In this document: in pieces, positions 1 through 9,196 of the stretch
How positions within the stretch are numbered: the stretch's first letter is position 1
How the letters are laid out: every line of letters begins with the position of its first letter
Origin: Nostoc sp.
GTDB lineage: Bacteria; Cyanobacteriota; Cyanobacteriia; Cyanobacteriales; Nostocaceae
DNA: 64,000 nucleotides
NCBI GenBank assembly: GCA_036918135.1
Contig: JBALDB010000047.1
Span: 1-64,000, forward strand
Direction: 5' to 3'
Notes under the pieces: model-generated
The model's database searches: none
Seen by the model: the letters and a program-made list of their open reading frames with translations, nothing else
What the model was told of the DNA's origin: nothing
Position numbers and translations under genes: made by a program

Positions 1-327
1 AGAGGACAGGTCATTGGGAGGAGATTGCTGTTGTTGCAGTCTGTTTGCTTCCTGTTGTTGCTGGAGTATTTCTGCTTCTTGCTTTTGTACTTCAGTTTCA
101 TTATCTATTAAGACTACATCCTCCTTCTCTAGGACAAATGAAACTACCCTGGGATGAACAGCTTTGAGTAAATCGTGCAACCACGTGTAGCCTACATCCT
201 TCTCAGAGGACAGGTCATTGGGAGGAGATTGCTGTTGTTGCAGTCTGTTTGCTTCCTGTTGTTGCTGGAGTATTTCTGCTTCTTGCTTTTGTACTTCAGC
301 TTCATTATCTATTAAGACTACATCCTC
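1..327. repeat. Near-perfect direct repeat (1-123 and 205-327), period 204 bp = 68 codons, inside the TIR gene
   Basis: agaggacaggtcattgggaggag...aagactacatcctc occurs at 1 and 205, with one substitution seen. Confidence 0.95.
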
Positions 328-1104
328 ATCTTTAAGCTTCAGATATTGCTGCAATTTCTTTAAATCAGCTTTAGCTTTTTCCTTTAACGGATATCCTTGT
401 TCATCTACTAATTTGGTAAAAATTTGCTTGTATTTGTCCAGATTTTCTTTGTATTTGCCATAAGGTTCTAATGCTTTGTCTCGCACTGTACGAGCTTCTT
501 CATCAGTTAATCCTAGTGTTTCCTGTAAATCCTTTAATATTTCGGATTCCACAAAAGAAATCTCGCCATCAGCCGCAAATTCCTCAACCAACTGGCGATA
601 ATCAGCTATAGCAGTTTCCTTTCTTGCCAATGTCAGTTGTTGTTGACGTTCTGCCTTGAGTTGTTGAGCAGCGGCCCTAATTCCCTGAGCGACATTTGTA
701 AATGCCTCGTCTCGATTAGACCAAGAGGTAACAGGATCGGCATTCTTGGGCAAAAATTGCAGTCTAGCAAACGGTGTGTGACTCCAATCAACCCTTCGCA
801 CAATAACTGGGATGACAAGAGCTTTTCCTGTATTGTGACGTTCTATTGCTGTGGTGACTTCAACATCCCAGCAATAACTAGAAGCAATAAAGTCTGAACT
901 GACGAGTAACAAAATAATATCAGCTGTGTTCAAATTGTCATTAATTTGGCGATCCCACTCATCTCCTGGTAGTATCTTGCGATCGTGCCAACTTGAAATC
1001 ACACCCTGCCGTGTCAAAGTACTTAGGTGATTAGCTAGTTCATCTCGTAAAGCTTCGTCTTTATGAGAGTAGGAGAAGAAAAGCTGTAGCGATACCTCTG
1101 GCAT
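1..1104 (-). CDS. TIR-domain protein (TIR_2 + helical region, probably followed by a GUN4-like domain); 3' end runs off the window
   Basis: Not in the ORF track because it has no stop in the window. Manual translation from ATG at 1104: MPEVSLQLFFSYSHKDEALRDEL...SWHDRKILPGDEWD...ADIILLLVSSDFIASSYCWDVEV...VIPVIVR...FLPK, a typical bacterial TIR. The frame is open to position 1. DLSSEKDVGYTWLHDLLKA resembles the start of a GUN4 domain. Confidence 0.88.
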   Translation of the reverse strand, partial: MPEVSLQLFFSYSHKDEALRDELANHLSTLTRQGVISSWHDRKILPGDEWDRQINDNLNTADIILLLVSSDFIASSYCWDVEVTTAIERHNTGKALVIPVIVRRVDWSHTPFARLQFLPKNADPVTSWSNRDEAFTNVAQGIRAAAQQLKAERQQQLTLARKETAIADYRQLVEEFAADGEISFVESEILKDLQETLGLTDEEARTVRDKALEPYGKYKENLDKYKQIFTKLVDEQGYPLKEKAKADLKKLQQYLKLKDEDVVLIDNEAEVQKQEAEILQQQQEANRLQQQQSPPNDLSSEKDVGYTWLHDLLKAVHPRVVSFVLEKEDVVLIDNETEVQKQEAEILQQQQEANRLQQQQSPPNDLSS

Positions 1105-1376
1105 TTTGCGTTTCAGGAGTAGGAGAAATTACACTTGTAACAAATTATAGTATTTTTGCCTGAATTCCTATAGAACCTAACGTCAATTGCCAAGAGGGCT
1201 TACTTACGCCAAAAACCTTGATTTTGTTACTACTAAGAATAAATTTGAAAATTCCGAGTTCTGAGCTAGTAATGAGTAGAAATTGCAGTCTTATCCAGAC
1301 TCACCTTGACGCCGGTCAATCCCTCCTCCCCTGCTAGTCTAGAAATAGCCGATACAGAAGAGAGGGAATCAAGAAC

Positions 1377-1604
1377 ATGCCGCATACAATTGTTACAGAA
1401 GTCTGTGAAGGCGTTGCTGACTGCGTAGGTGCTTGTCCGGTAGCTTGCATTCATGAAGGCCCAGGCAAAAACGTCAAGGGAACTGATTGGTACTGGATTG
1501 ACTTTACTACCTGCATTGACTGTGGTATATGTCTGCAAGTTTGCCCAGTCGAAGGCGCGATTCTTCCAGAAGAACGACCAGAGTTGCAAAAAACTCCGGA
1601 ATAG
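1377..1604 (+). CDS. Small bacterial-type 4Fe-4S dicluster ferredoxin
   Basis: CEGVADCVGACP and CIDCGICLQVCP motifs; RBS-like gagggaa upstream. Confidence 0.9.
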   Translation: MPHTIVTEVCEGVADCVGACPVACIHEGPGKNVKGTDWYWIDFTTCIDCGICLQVCPVEGAILPEERPELQKTPE

Positions 1605-1611
1605 TTCATAG

Positions 1612-1812
1612 TCAGTGGTCAGTTGTCAGTTGTTTTTTACCAATGACGACTGACAAAGCGCAAAGTCGAGCCACTGCGTTCCTGTCGCCCTGCGTCGGAA
1701 AGCAAGTGGCGTTGAGCGCTGGCTTCCAGCGATGGCTTCGCCAACGTCTTCGACGAACGGAACTTTGTAAGAGAGGACAAATGACTAATAACAAATGACA
1801 CATGACAAATGA
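1612..1812. repeat. STRR heptamer repeats flanking a small dispersed repeat
   Basis: tcagtgg/tcagttg units at 1612-1632; (at)gacaa/atgacta units at 1775-1812. Confidence 0.7.
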
Positions 1813-2530
1813 TTATTTACTAGAAGTTCAAAACGTCCACGCTGGATATATTAAAGACGTAGATATCCTCCAAGGTGTGAATTTTCACGTTGCACCAGGA
1901 GAATTGGTAGCAGTAATTGGCCCTAACGGTGCTGGAAAATCTACTTTGGCAAAAACAATTTTTGGGCTTTTATTGCCTCATACCGGGACAATTAATTTCA
2001 AAGGTGAAAATATTGTGGGGCTAAAGTCGAATCAAATCGTCCAACAGGGAATGTGCTACGTACCGCAAATAGTTAATGTCTTTCCCTCGCTGAGTGTCGA
2101 TGAAAACTTAGAAATGGGTGCTTTTGTCCTCAATGTTCCTTTGAAACCACTCAAAGATAAAATATTTACCATGTTTCCCAGACTGAGCGATCGCCGCAAT
2201 CAACGCGCTGGTACATTATCTGGAGGAGAACGCCAAATGCTCGCAATGGGCAAAGCTTTGATGTTAGAACCGAGTTTGCTAATTTTGGATGAACCTTCTG
2301 CTGCTTTATCTCCCATCTTGGTAACACAAGTATTTGAGCAGATTAAACAAATAAATCAAACGGGTACTGCGATCGTATTAGTAGAACAAAATGCCCGTAA
2401 GGCTTTAGAAATGGCTAATCGCGGATATGTACTGGAGTCTGGACGCGATGCTATCTCCGGCCCAGGTCAAGAATTATTGAACGATCCGAAAGTTGGTGAA
2501 CTGTATCTGGGAGCAGGTAAAGGGCATTAG
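1802..2530 (+). CDS. natE: Branched-chain/neutral amino acid ABC transporter ATP-binding subunit (LivF/NatE family)
   Basis: GPNGAGKST Walker A, LSGGERQMLAMG signature, LILDEPSA, LVEQNA. Confidence 0.85.
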   Translation: MTNDYLLEVQNVHAGYIKDVDILQGVNFHVAPGELVAVIGPNGAGKSTLAKTIFGLLLPHTGTINFKGENIVGLKSNQIVQQGMCYVPQIVNVFPSLSVDENLEMGAFVLNVPLKPLKDKIFTMFPRLSDRRNQRAGTLSGGERQMLAMGKALMLEPSLLILDEPSAALSPILVTQVFEQIKQINQTGTAIVLVEQNARKALEMANRGYVLESGRDAISGPGQELLNDPKVGELYLGAGKGH

Positions 2531-2628
2531 GGAACTCTAAAAAATAAATTATCTCGCTTGAAGTTGTTGATTGCTCGTTGATAACTGTTAATTGTGAACA
2601 GTGGGATATTTTTTATTTTAAAGTTTAT
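2529..2628. mobile_element. MITE-like dispersed repeat, family A copy 1
   Basis: agggaactctaaaaaataaattat...aacagtgggatatttttttattt; homologous to 21054-21221 and 35211-35298. Confidence 0.7.
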
Positions 2629-2718
2629 TAAATACAGCAGAATTTAGGAGTCAAACAGCTTTTATATCCCGATTTGAAAATTAGATTTTGTACTTCACTC
2701 ACCTGTAAATTGTTGTAA

Positions 2719-3240
2719 TTGAAAATGGCTTGCAACTTAAAAATAATTTCTGGTGGTCAAACAGGAGCAGACCGTGCAGCTCTCGATTGGGCTATAGCTC
2801 GTCAAATTCCTCACGGAGGCTGGTGTCCCAAAGGACGTAAAGCAGAAGATGGTGTTATTAATTCACGCTATAACTTAACTGAAACCCCATCAGATGAATA
2901 TTCCCAGCGGACTGAATGGAATGTCCGTGATTCTGATGGAACTGTGATATTTTCTATTGCTAAAAAACTTTTTACAGGTAGTTTATTAACTGCTGAATTA
3001 GCTAAAAAATATCAAAAACCTTATGTACATATATCTCAACAATTAACTGATGTCAATCATCCCAATGAATTACTATTATTTATCTCCAACTATAAAATAG
3101 TAACCTTGAATGTTGCAGGGCCAAGAGCTTCAAATGAACCAGAAATATATCAGTTTGTAAATACTATTTTTGAAGAAGCTATTTTAGATAAAATCAATAA
3201 TTATAATCGCGTTATTGCCAATGAAATAAAGATTAAATAA
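2719..3240 (+). CDS. Putative molybdenum-carrier / SLOG-fold (circularly permuted YpsA-like) protein; probable ATG start at 2725
   Basis: KIISGGQTGADRAALD, GGWCPKGR, RTEWNVRDSDGT, LNVAGPRAS motifs. Confidence 0.85.
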   Translation: MKMACNLKIISGGQTGADRAALDWAIARQIPHGGWCPKGRKAEDGVINSRYNLTETPSDEYSQRTEWNVRDSDGTVIFSIAKKLFTGSLLTAELAKKYQKPYVHISQQLTDVNHPNELLLFISNYKIVTLNVAGPRASNEPEIYQFVNTIFEEAILDKINNYNRVIANEIKIK

Positions 3241-3309
3241 CTCTTAAACCGTGTAACAGGGTACTATTGTCTTTGATTCATATCTGATATCTTCCTGATA
3301 CTAATAAAA

Positions 3310-4044
3310 ATGTTATCAGGTAGATTTATGAGTCAAATTCATCGATTCGTAGGGCGACGTGATTTCTTGAAATTTGCAGGTGTAATGGGTATTGCGGTTA
3401 CTACTTTTGGCGATCGCTGGAATACACAACAAGCTGTTGCGGCTGATATTCTCCCAGTTAACCCTCATCCAGTCAGCCCTAATGAAGCTATTAGACGTTT
3501 GCTAAATGGTAATCAAAGATTTGTCCGTCAACAACGCGAATATCCCGACCAATCATTAGAACGTTTACGATTAGTTGCGAAAGCTCAATATCCATTTGCA
3601 GCTATATTAGGCTGTGCAGATTCTAGAGTACCTGCGGAAATCGTCTTCGACCAAGGACTTGGAGATTTATTTGTTGTGCGAGTGGCTGGTAATGTTGTTA
3701 GTGACATGGCTATAGGTAGTTTAGAATATTCTACAGCTATATTAGGTTCGCAATTAATTGTAGTTTTAGGTCATAAAAGATGCGGTGCAGTTACAGAAGC
3801 AATCAACAATGAACCACTTCCTGGTAGAATTAGTCTTGTTATTGAAAGCATCAAACCTGCTTTAACAAACATCAAATTAACAACTAGTAATACTATTGAT
3901 GATGCGGTTATCGCTAATGTTAAATATCAGGCTGAAAAATTGCAAGAAAGCTCAATAATCTTAAGCAAATTGCTGCGTGCTGGTAAACTAAAAATTGTTG
4001 GTGCTTATTATGATATTGACACTGGTAAAGTCAACGTACTTTAA
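3310..4044 (+). CDS. Beta-class carbonic anhydrase with twin-arginine (Tat) signal (EcaB-like)
   Basis: GCADSRV and HKRCGAV zinc motifs; GRRDFLK Tat motif. Confidence 0.92.
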   Translation: MLSGRFMSQIHRFVGRRDFLKFAGVMGIAVTTFGDRWNTQQAVAADILPVNPHPVSPNEAIRRLLNGNQRFVRQQREYPDQSLERLRLVAKAQYPFAAILGCADSRVPAEIVFDQGLGDLFVVRVAGNVVSDMAIGSLEYSTAILGSQLIVVLGHKRCGAVTEAINNEPLPGRISLVIESIKPALTNIKLTTSNTIDDAVIANVKYQAEKLQESSIILSKLLRAGKLKIVGAYYDIDTGKVNVL

Positions 4045-4518
4045 TAAAATACGTGCTACTTATAGAATACTTGTACGCTGATAACAATCTATATATATCT
4101 ATTACAAATATTTTTGAAATAGGATTATCTGGCACTGTATGAGTTGGGCTATACCAAGACCAACTCATCAAGATTCGCAAAAACCTAAAAGCCAAGCATC
4201 ACTGAACCTTATAAGAAATAAACCTAGCAAGGGTCATATAACAAGACCACCTGCTAGGAAGGTATAGTTTATTCTGGCCATGTTTGATTCGGTTAGCGCT
4301 TATTTCTCAAGAATAATGCGTATCCCCAGTTAGGATAACTAAAATGTTTGTAAAATTAAGTTAAGAAAGATTAACAAATAGGTTAATTTCCAGTTAAGCC
4401 TAAATGAATCAAGAGTAGGAAGCGGATGAGGGGGTGTGGGGGAAGGCGAGAAGTAGCTAATAACTAATAATATAAGAAAGCGCTTCACACTTCTTAAATA
4501 ATCAGCTTTACAAGAACT

Positions 4519-6027
4519 ATGGCTAGAGACTTACGGGGATTTATAAAAATTCTAGAAGAAAAAGGGCAATTACGGCGGATTTCTGCTTTAGTTGACCCAG
4601 ATTTAGAAATTGCTGAGATTTCTAACCGGATGCTACAGAAAGGTGGGCCAGGGTTGTTGTTTGAAAACGTCAAAGGTGCTTCTTTCCCGGTAGCGGTAAA
4701 TTTGATGGGAACTGTGGAAAGGATTTGCTGGGCGATGAATATGCAGCATCCAGAGGAGTTGGAAACTCTGGGTAAAAAGTTGAGTATGCTGCAACAACCA
4801 AAACCACCGAAGAAGATTTCCCAGGCGGTAGATTTTGCTAAGGTACTGTTTGACGTAGTGAAGGCGAAACCGGGACGGGACTTTTTTCCTGCTTGTCAGC
4901 AAGTTGTAATTCAAGGTGATGATTTAGATTTAAAAAAGTTGCCTTTGATACGTCCTTATTCTGGTGATGCTGGCAAGATTATCACGCTGGGATTGGTAAT
5001 TACTAAAGATTGTGAGACAGGTACGCCGAATGTAGGGGTGTATCGTTTGCAGCTACAATCCCAAAATACGATGACGGTTCATTGGTTATCGGTGCGAGGT
5101 GGTGCAAGGCATTTGCGAAAAGCCGCTGAACGTGGGAAGAAATTAGAAGTGGCGATCGCACTTGGTGTAGATCCTTTAATTATCATGGCAGCTGCCACAC
5201 CCATCCCTGTAGATTTATCAGAATGGCTGTTTGCTGGACTTTATGGCGGTTCGGGCGTGCAGTTGGCAAAGTGTAAAACTGTAGATTTGGAAGTTCCCGC
5301 AGATTCAGAATTTGTTTTGGAAGGAACGATTACACCAGGAGAAGTTTTAGCGGATGGGCCTTTTGGCGACCACATGGGTTATTACGGCGGTGTAGAAGAT
5401 TCACCATTAATTCGCTTCCAGTGTATGACACACCGCAAAGATCCAATTTACTTAACAACATTTAGCGGTCGTCCACCCAAAGAAGAAGCGATGATGGCGA
5501 TCGCACTTAATCGCATCTATACTCCTATTCTGCGGCAACAAGTTTCCGAAATCGTCGATTTCTTCCTACCAATGGAAGCTTTGAGTTACAAAGCAGCGAT
5601 TATTTCTATTGATAAAGCATATCCAGGACAAGCGCGACGGGCGGCTTTGGCGTTTTGGAGTGCTTTACCACAATTTACTTACACAAAATTTGTGATTGTC
5701 GTAGATAAAGACATAAATATTCGCGATCCGCGTCAAGTTGTCTGGGCGATTAGTTCTAAAGTTGACCCAGTGCGAGATGTATTTATTTTGCCAAATACGC
5801 CTTTTGATACTTTGGATTTTGCCAGTGAAAAAATAGGCTTAGGTGGACGCATGGGAATTGATGCGACTACGAAGATTCCACCAGAAACAAACCATGAATG
5901 GGGTGCGACTTTAGAATCAGATCCAGATGTAGCAGCGATGGTAGAGAGACGATGGGCAGAGTATGGTTTAGCAGAGTTGCAGTTAGGAGAAGTAGACCCA
6001 AATTTGTTTGGCTACGATATGAAATAG
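4519..6027 (+). CDS. ubiD: UbiD-family prFMN-dependent decarboxylase (plastoquinone pathway)
   Basis: NVGVYRLQ, DGPFGDHMGYY, DTLDFAS, GGRMGIDAT. Confidence 0.92.
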   Translation: MARDLRGFIKILEEKGQLRRISALVDPDLEIAEISNRMLQKGGPGLLFENVKGASFPVAVNLMGTVERICWAMNMQHPEELETLGKKLSMLQQPKPPKKISQAVDFAKVLFDVVKAKPGRDFFPACQQVVIQGDDLDLKKLPLIRPYSGDAGKIITLGLVITKDCETGTPNVGVYRLQLQSQNTMTVHWLSVRGGARHLRKAAERGKKLEVAIALGVDPLIIMAAATPIPVDLSEWLFAGLYGGSGVQLAKCKTVDLEVPADSEFVLEGTITPGEVLADGPFGDHMGYYGGVEDSPLIRFQCMTHRKDPIYLTTFSGRPPKEEAMMAIALNRIYTPILRQQVSEIVDFFLPMEALSYKAAIISIDKAYPGQARRAALAFWSALPQFTYTKFVIVVDKDINIRDPRQVVWAISSKVDPVRDVFILPNTPFDTLDFASEKIGLGGRMGIDATTKIPPETNHEWGATLESDPDVAAMVERRWAEYGLAELQLGEVDPNLFGYDMK

Positions 6028-6037
6028 TATGATATTC

Positions 6038-6070
6038 CTCACAGCAGTTATTTAGATAACTGCTGTTGAG
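6038..6070. terminator. Hairpin downstream of ubiD
   Basis: ctcacagcagtta-tttaga-taactgctgttgag inverted repeat. Confidence 0.65.
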
Positions 6071-6135
6071 TATTCAAGACTGTTTTCCAACCCAAACTTA
6101 TCTCAGCTTCGCTAAAGACTGATGATTAGGACTCA

Positions 6136-6274
6136 GAGGATGTTTTAAAAGTCCTGAAAGGTATAGCTTTGCCGTTCAGACTTAGATTAATGACGAAAAA
6201 TTAAGGTTTAAGTCATGTATTGAGATGCTTCACAGTGTTCACCATGAGAGCAAAAGACCTTTTAAAACATCTTC
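6136..6274. mobile_element. MITE with about 17-bp terminal inverted repeats (IS5/IS1031-like ends)
   Basis: gaggatgttttaaaagtc ... gaccttttaaaacatcttc; a lone matching end also occurs at 8071-8087 (acttttaaaacatcctc). Confidence 0.75.
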
Positions 6275-6316
6275 TTATGGCGTTATCGCAGCCTGATTCT
6301 GTCCAGAGTATTGTAA

Positions 6317-7711
6317 TTAATCAACAATAGTAAAATCAGTGGCGATTAGAGTGGGAGTACTCAGTGCAAATTTTGCGAATTGACCTCCTTCGAGAGTGGA
6401 ACTAAATCCAGATGTTGCACCATTTGCGTTATAAAACAGGCTACGAGTCCCCGTACTGTAAACAATGTTGGCAGTACTTATTTCAGCATCTGCGTCGGTA
6501 GCCACAGAAGCAAAGATAAAACCAGAAGAACCTAAAACGGTAAAAGTATCTCTCGATAGTTCGATTTTGTCCGTATTACCTGCAACTCTTTGGAAGTCGT
6601 TGATTATATCTACTCCGAGGTCAGTAGCCGCAAATTGTGAACCAGTGTCAAATACAAACGTATCGTTGCCAGATCCCCCAAATAAATCGTCTTTACCACT
6701 ATCTCCTTGAAGGACATCGTTCCCCCCTTGTCCCCGTAGAACATCATCGCCACTACTGCCAAGGAGAGTATCATTACCGTTTCCTCCGTATAGGTTGTCA
6801 TCAGAACTGCCCCCATCATATCTGTCTTGACCATTTCCACCATAAAGGAGATCGAAACCTGCTCCTCCATCAACAAAATGGTTGCCAGGAACACTAAACA
6901 GGTCAATAGTGTCGTTACCTGCTCCTGCAAAAACAACCTGATTGCCAGGTGTCGTTATATTAGAGGCATCAATGTTTTCATCGCCGTCGGTTCCCTCAAT
7001 AGTTATTACAGCATTTGCTTTAGCGATCGCAAATTTTATGACATCAGCTACATTCTCGCTGTTACTATCAAGAGTTGTCACAATACCCCGACCTAAACTG
7101 CTAACCAGCCCGTCGTAAGTACTTTTAACATCACTGGTAGCTAGAAAAACAGGAATAATATCATTTGCGATCAAAGCCGTCTGTACTTGTGCAATATCTG
7201 GATAATCTTCATTAGGATCGATTACGCCATCTCCGTTATTAGCCACAGTGATAGCAGTCGGATTGGCCGCAGCACCATCCCCTGCAACGTGATAGTCTGC
7301 ATCAGTAGCTAGGAAAACTAAACGCTTTGAGCCAACTCTGTAACCGATACTAGTATCTAAGGCAGCGTGTAAAAGTGCCTCTAATTGTGATTCGGGCCCG
7401 TCAGCACCGCCACCAACAACAAAATTACTGACTGCTGTCTTGACTTGTCCTGCATCAGTGGTTAAAGAGACCTCTTTTTGATAAACATAATCACCAGGAC
7501 TACCTAAATCAGGAATAGGAGGAGATGAAGACGATACTGGTTTATCTTTGAAAGAGGCAAGACCAAATTGAAGATCAGTACCAAAAATGTTAGTTAAATA
7601 AGGGCTGGTTACTCGGTTTACTACCGCAGAAAGTAAAACCTTCAGTCTGGGTAAGTCATCATAAAACGATCCAGTCAAGTCTTGTAGAAAAACGATGTCA
7701 TTTGTGGGCAT
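6317..7711 (-). CDS. Integrin beta-I-like vWA domain fused to RTX/hemolysin-type Ca-binding repeats (likely type I secreted)
   Basis: [67 protein letters not shown]; GGxGxDxL nonapeptides; no N-terminal signal peptide. Confidence 0.85.
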   Translation of the reverse strand: MPTNDIVFLQDLTGSFYDDLPRLKVLLSAVVNRVTSPYLTNIFGTDLQFGLASFKDKPVSSSSPPIPDLGSPGDYVYQKEVSLTTDAGQVKTAVSNFVVGGGADGPESQLEALLHAALDTSIGYRVGSKRLVFLATDADYHVAGDGAAANPTAITVANNGDGVIDPNEDYPDIAQVQTALIANDIIPVFLATSDVKSTYDGLVSSLGRGIVTTLDSNSENVADVIKFAIAKANAVITIEGTDGDENIDASNITTPGNQVVFAGAGNDTIDLFSVPGNHFVDGGAGFDLLYGGNGQDRYDGGSSDDNLYGGNGNDTLLGSSGDDVLRGQGGNDVLQGDSGKDDLFGGSGNDTFVFDTGSQFAATDLGVDIINDFQRVAGNTDKIELSRDTFTVLGSSGFIFASVATDADAEISTANIVYSTGTRSLFYNANGATSGFSSTLEGGQFAKFALSTPTLIATDFTIVD

Positions 7712-8160
7712 ACAGTTAGTATCTAAGTAAAGTAAATTTTTCTCCTTAGTGCTTTAATAATACAGGCTGTATTACAAAAAATCAAGCAATGTGCTTGATA
7801 TCTAATTGTTAAAAAATTGATAAGTTTTTCTTAAATTGCAATTAACTAATAAAGCCCGATCGCCTTCCTTGTGCCAAAAATGATATCAACTCTGATATCA
7901 ATGCCCCATCTGTTGAAGCGATCGCACTCTTGGCGGGCGGTTACGCCATCGCGCTCTTTGTGGGGAGCGCTTCATCGCAGCTATCCCAAAGGTAGTGCTA
8001 AAAATCAGCCAAATGTTGCCACTACAAGGAGTAACCCCCAAGCCTTGTGAGCTTTCTTACAATACTCCCTACTTTTAAAACATCCTCTAAGGATGGTTAA
8101 GATGTGAGATAGGAAGATAATTCCACCTTTGAGTAATGATGCCAGCAGATTGGAGAAATT

Positions 8161-8697
8161 ATGACAAAAAAAGGCAAAAATTTAGCGAATAAGTTAGCGC
8201 TTGCACTGGGATTGAGTTGTATTAGTGTGATACTCAATAGTGGTATAGCCAATCAAATTGCTTTAGCAAAATCAACTAATCTACAAAAGTGTAATGTTTT
8301 TGCTTATGTCACTGATACAGGTTTGCGAGGTTTAAATGTGCGGAGTGGTGGAAGTACGAAAAACAGAATTTTAGGGCAAATACCCGCTAATCAAACAGTT
8401 CAAGTTGTTGCTGCTGCTGGAAAATGGGCGCAGATTACAAATGCTAGTGATGGTTTTCAAGGAACTGGATGGGTATTTGTGCCAAAGTTAGGCTTATCAA
8501 CTCGCGGCTACGGTACTAATGGCGTAAATCTTTACGCTAGTAACAGTGAAAGCCGAAAACTGGCAAGAATTCGTGCTAATACGCCTGTCAAATTGTTAGG
8601 CTGTCAGGGAGATTGGGCGCAGGTAGAATATCAAGGTGTTAAAGGCTGGTTGAAAAAGGAAGATCAATGTGGTGCAGCCCTTACTAGTTGTTCGTAA
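8161..8697 (+). CDS. Secreted protein with two bacterial SH3 (SH3_3-like) domains
   Basis: Signal peptide; LNVRSG...WAQI...GWV and WAQVEYQGVKGWL. Confidence 0.85.
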   Translation: MTKKGKNLANKLALALGLSCISVILNSGIANQIALAKSTNLQKCNVFAYVTDTGLRGLNVRSGGSTKNRILGQIPANQTVQVVAAAGKWAQITNASDGFQGTGWVFVPKLGLSTRGYGTNGVNLYASNSESRKLARIRANTPVKLLGCQGDWAQVEYQGVKGWLKKEDQCGAALTSCS

Positions 8698-8719
8698 GAA
8701 TTTAAGAATCAGAATTCAA

Positions 8720-9070
8720 AAGTGTTTAACACATTTAGTGGAAATTGATTTATTACGTGGTGGGGAACCAATGCTAGTTTTTGATAATAATACACAAAAT
8801 GACTACCGAATTTTAGTTAGTCGCGTAGAAAATCGTCCCCAATCTGATTTATATACTTTTAATTTGCAAGATACAATTTCCTTATTTCCTTTGCGATTGC
8901 GAACTGGTGATAGTGAACCTTTGGTAGATTTGCAGAGTTTGTTAGCTGGAATTTATGACCGCACCAGTTATGATTTAGTAATAGATTACAGTCAACAGCC
9001 AGCATTACAATTGTTAGAAGAGAATGCAGTTTGGGTAGATGCAGTATTACGGAAGAAAGGATTGTGTTAA
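8720..9070 (+). pseudogene. C-terminal fragment of a DUF4058-family protein
   Basis: HLVEIDLLRGG, YRILVSR, EPLVDLQ..IYD...YDLVIDY; N-terminal half absent; the annotated start overlaps the SH3 gene. Confidence 0.7.
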
Positions 9071-9196
9071 GTTAAATTAAGATTTACTATACAAAATTAA
9101 GCAATTTTTGAGAATATCATCCAACCTAATTAAAAGGTTTACGCCGGATGAATATTTTAATAGAATAATCTCATCAAAAGATTCGCAGCAATCAAA

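Noticed and set aside
1..327. 204-bp-spaced repeat as a DGR template/variable repeat pair
   Set aside because: Only one mismatch was seen, both copies are in frame in the same gene, and there is no reverse transcriptase in the window
218..897. Short ORFs 218-463, 633-818 and 637-897 (one is Cys-rich and RiPP-looking)
   Set aside because: They are shadow or alternative frames of the minus-strand TIR gene; the poly-Cys is the antisense of poly-Gln codons
1529..1803. ORFs 1529-1798 and 1612-1803
   Set aside because: They span STRR and dispersed repeats and have no protein-like motif
1..3240. TIR + SLOG-fold protein as a Thoeris-like defence system
   Set aside because: The genes are on opposite strands and separated by ferredoxin and natE; there is no SIR2 or Macro partner
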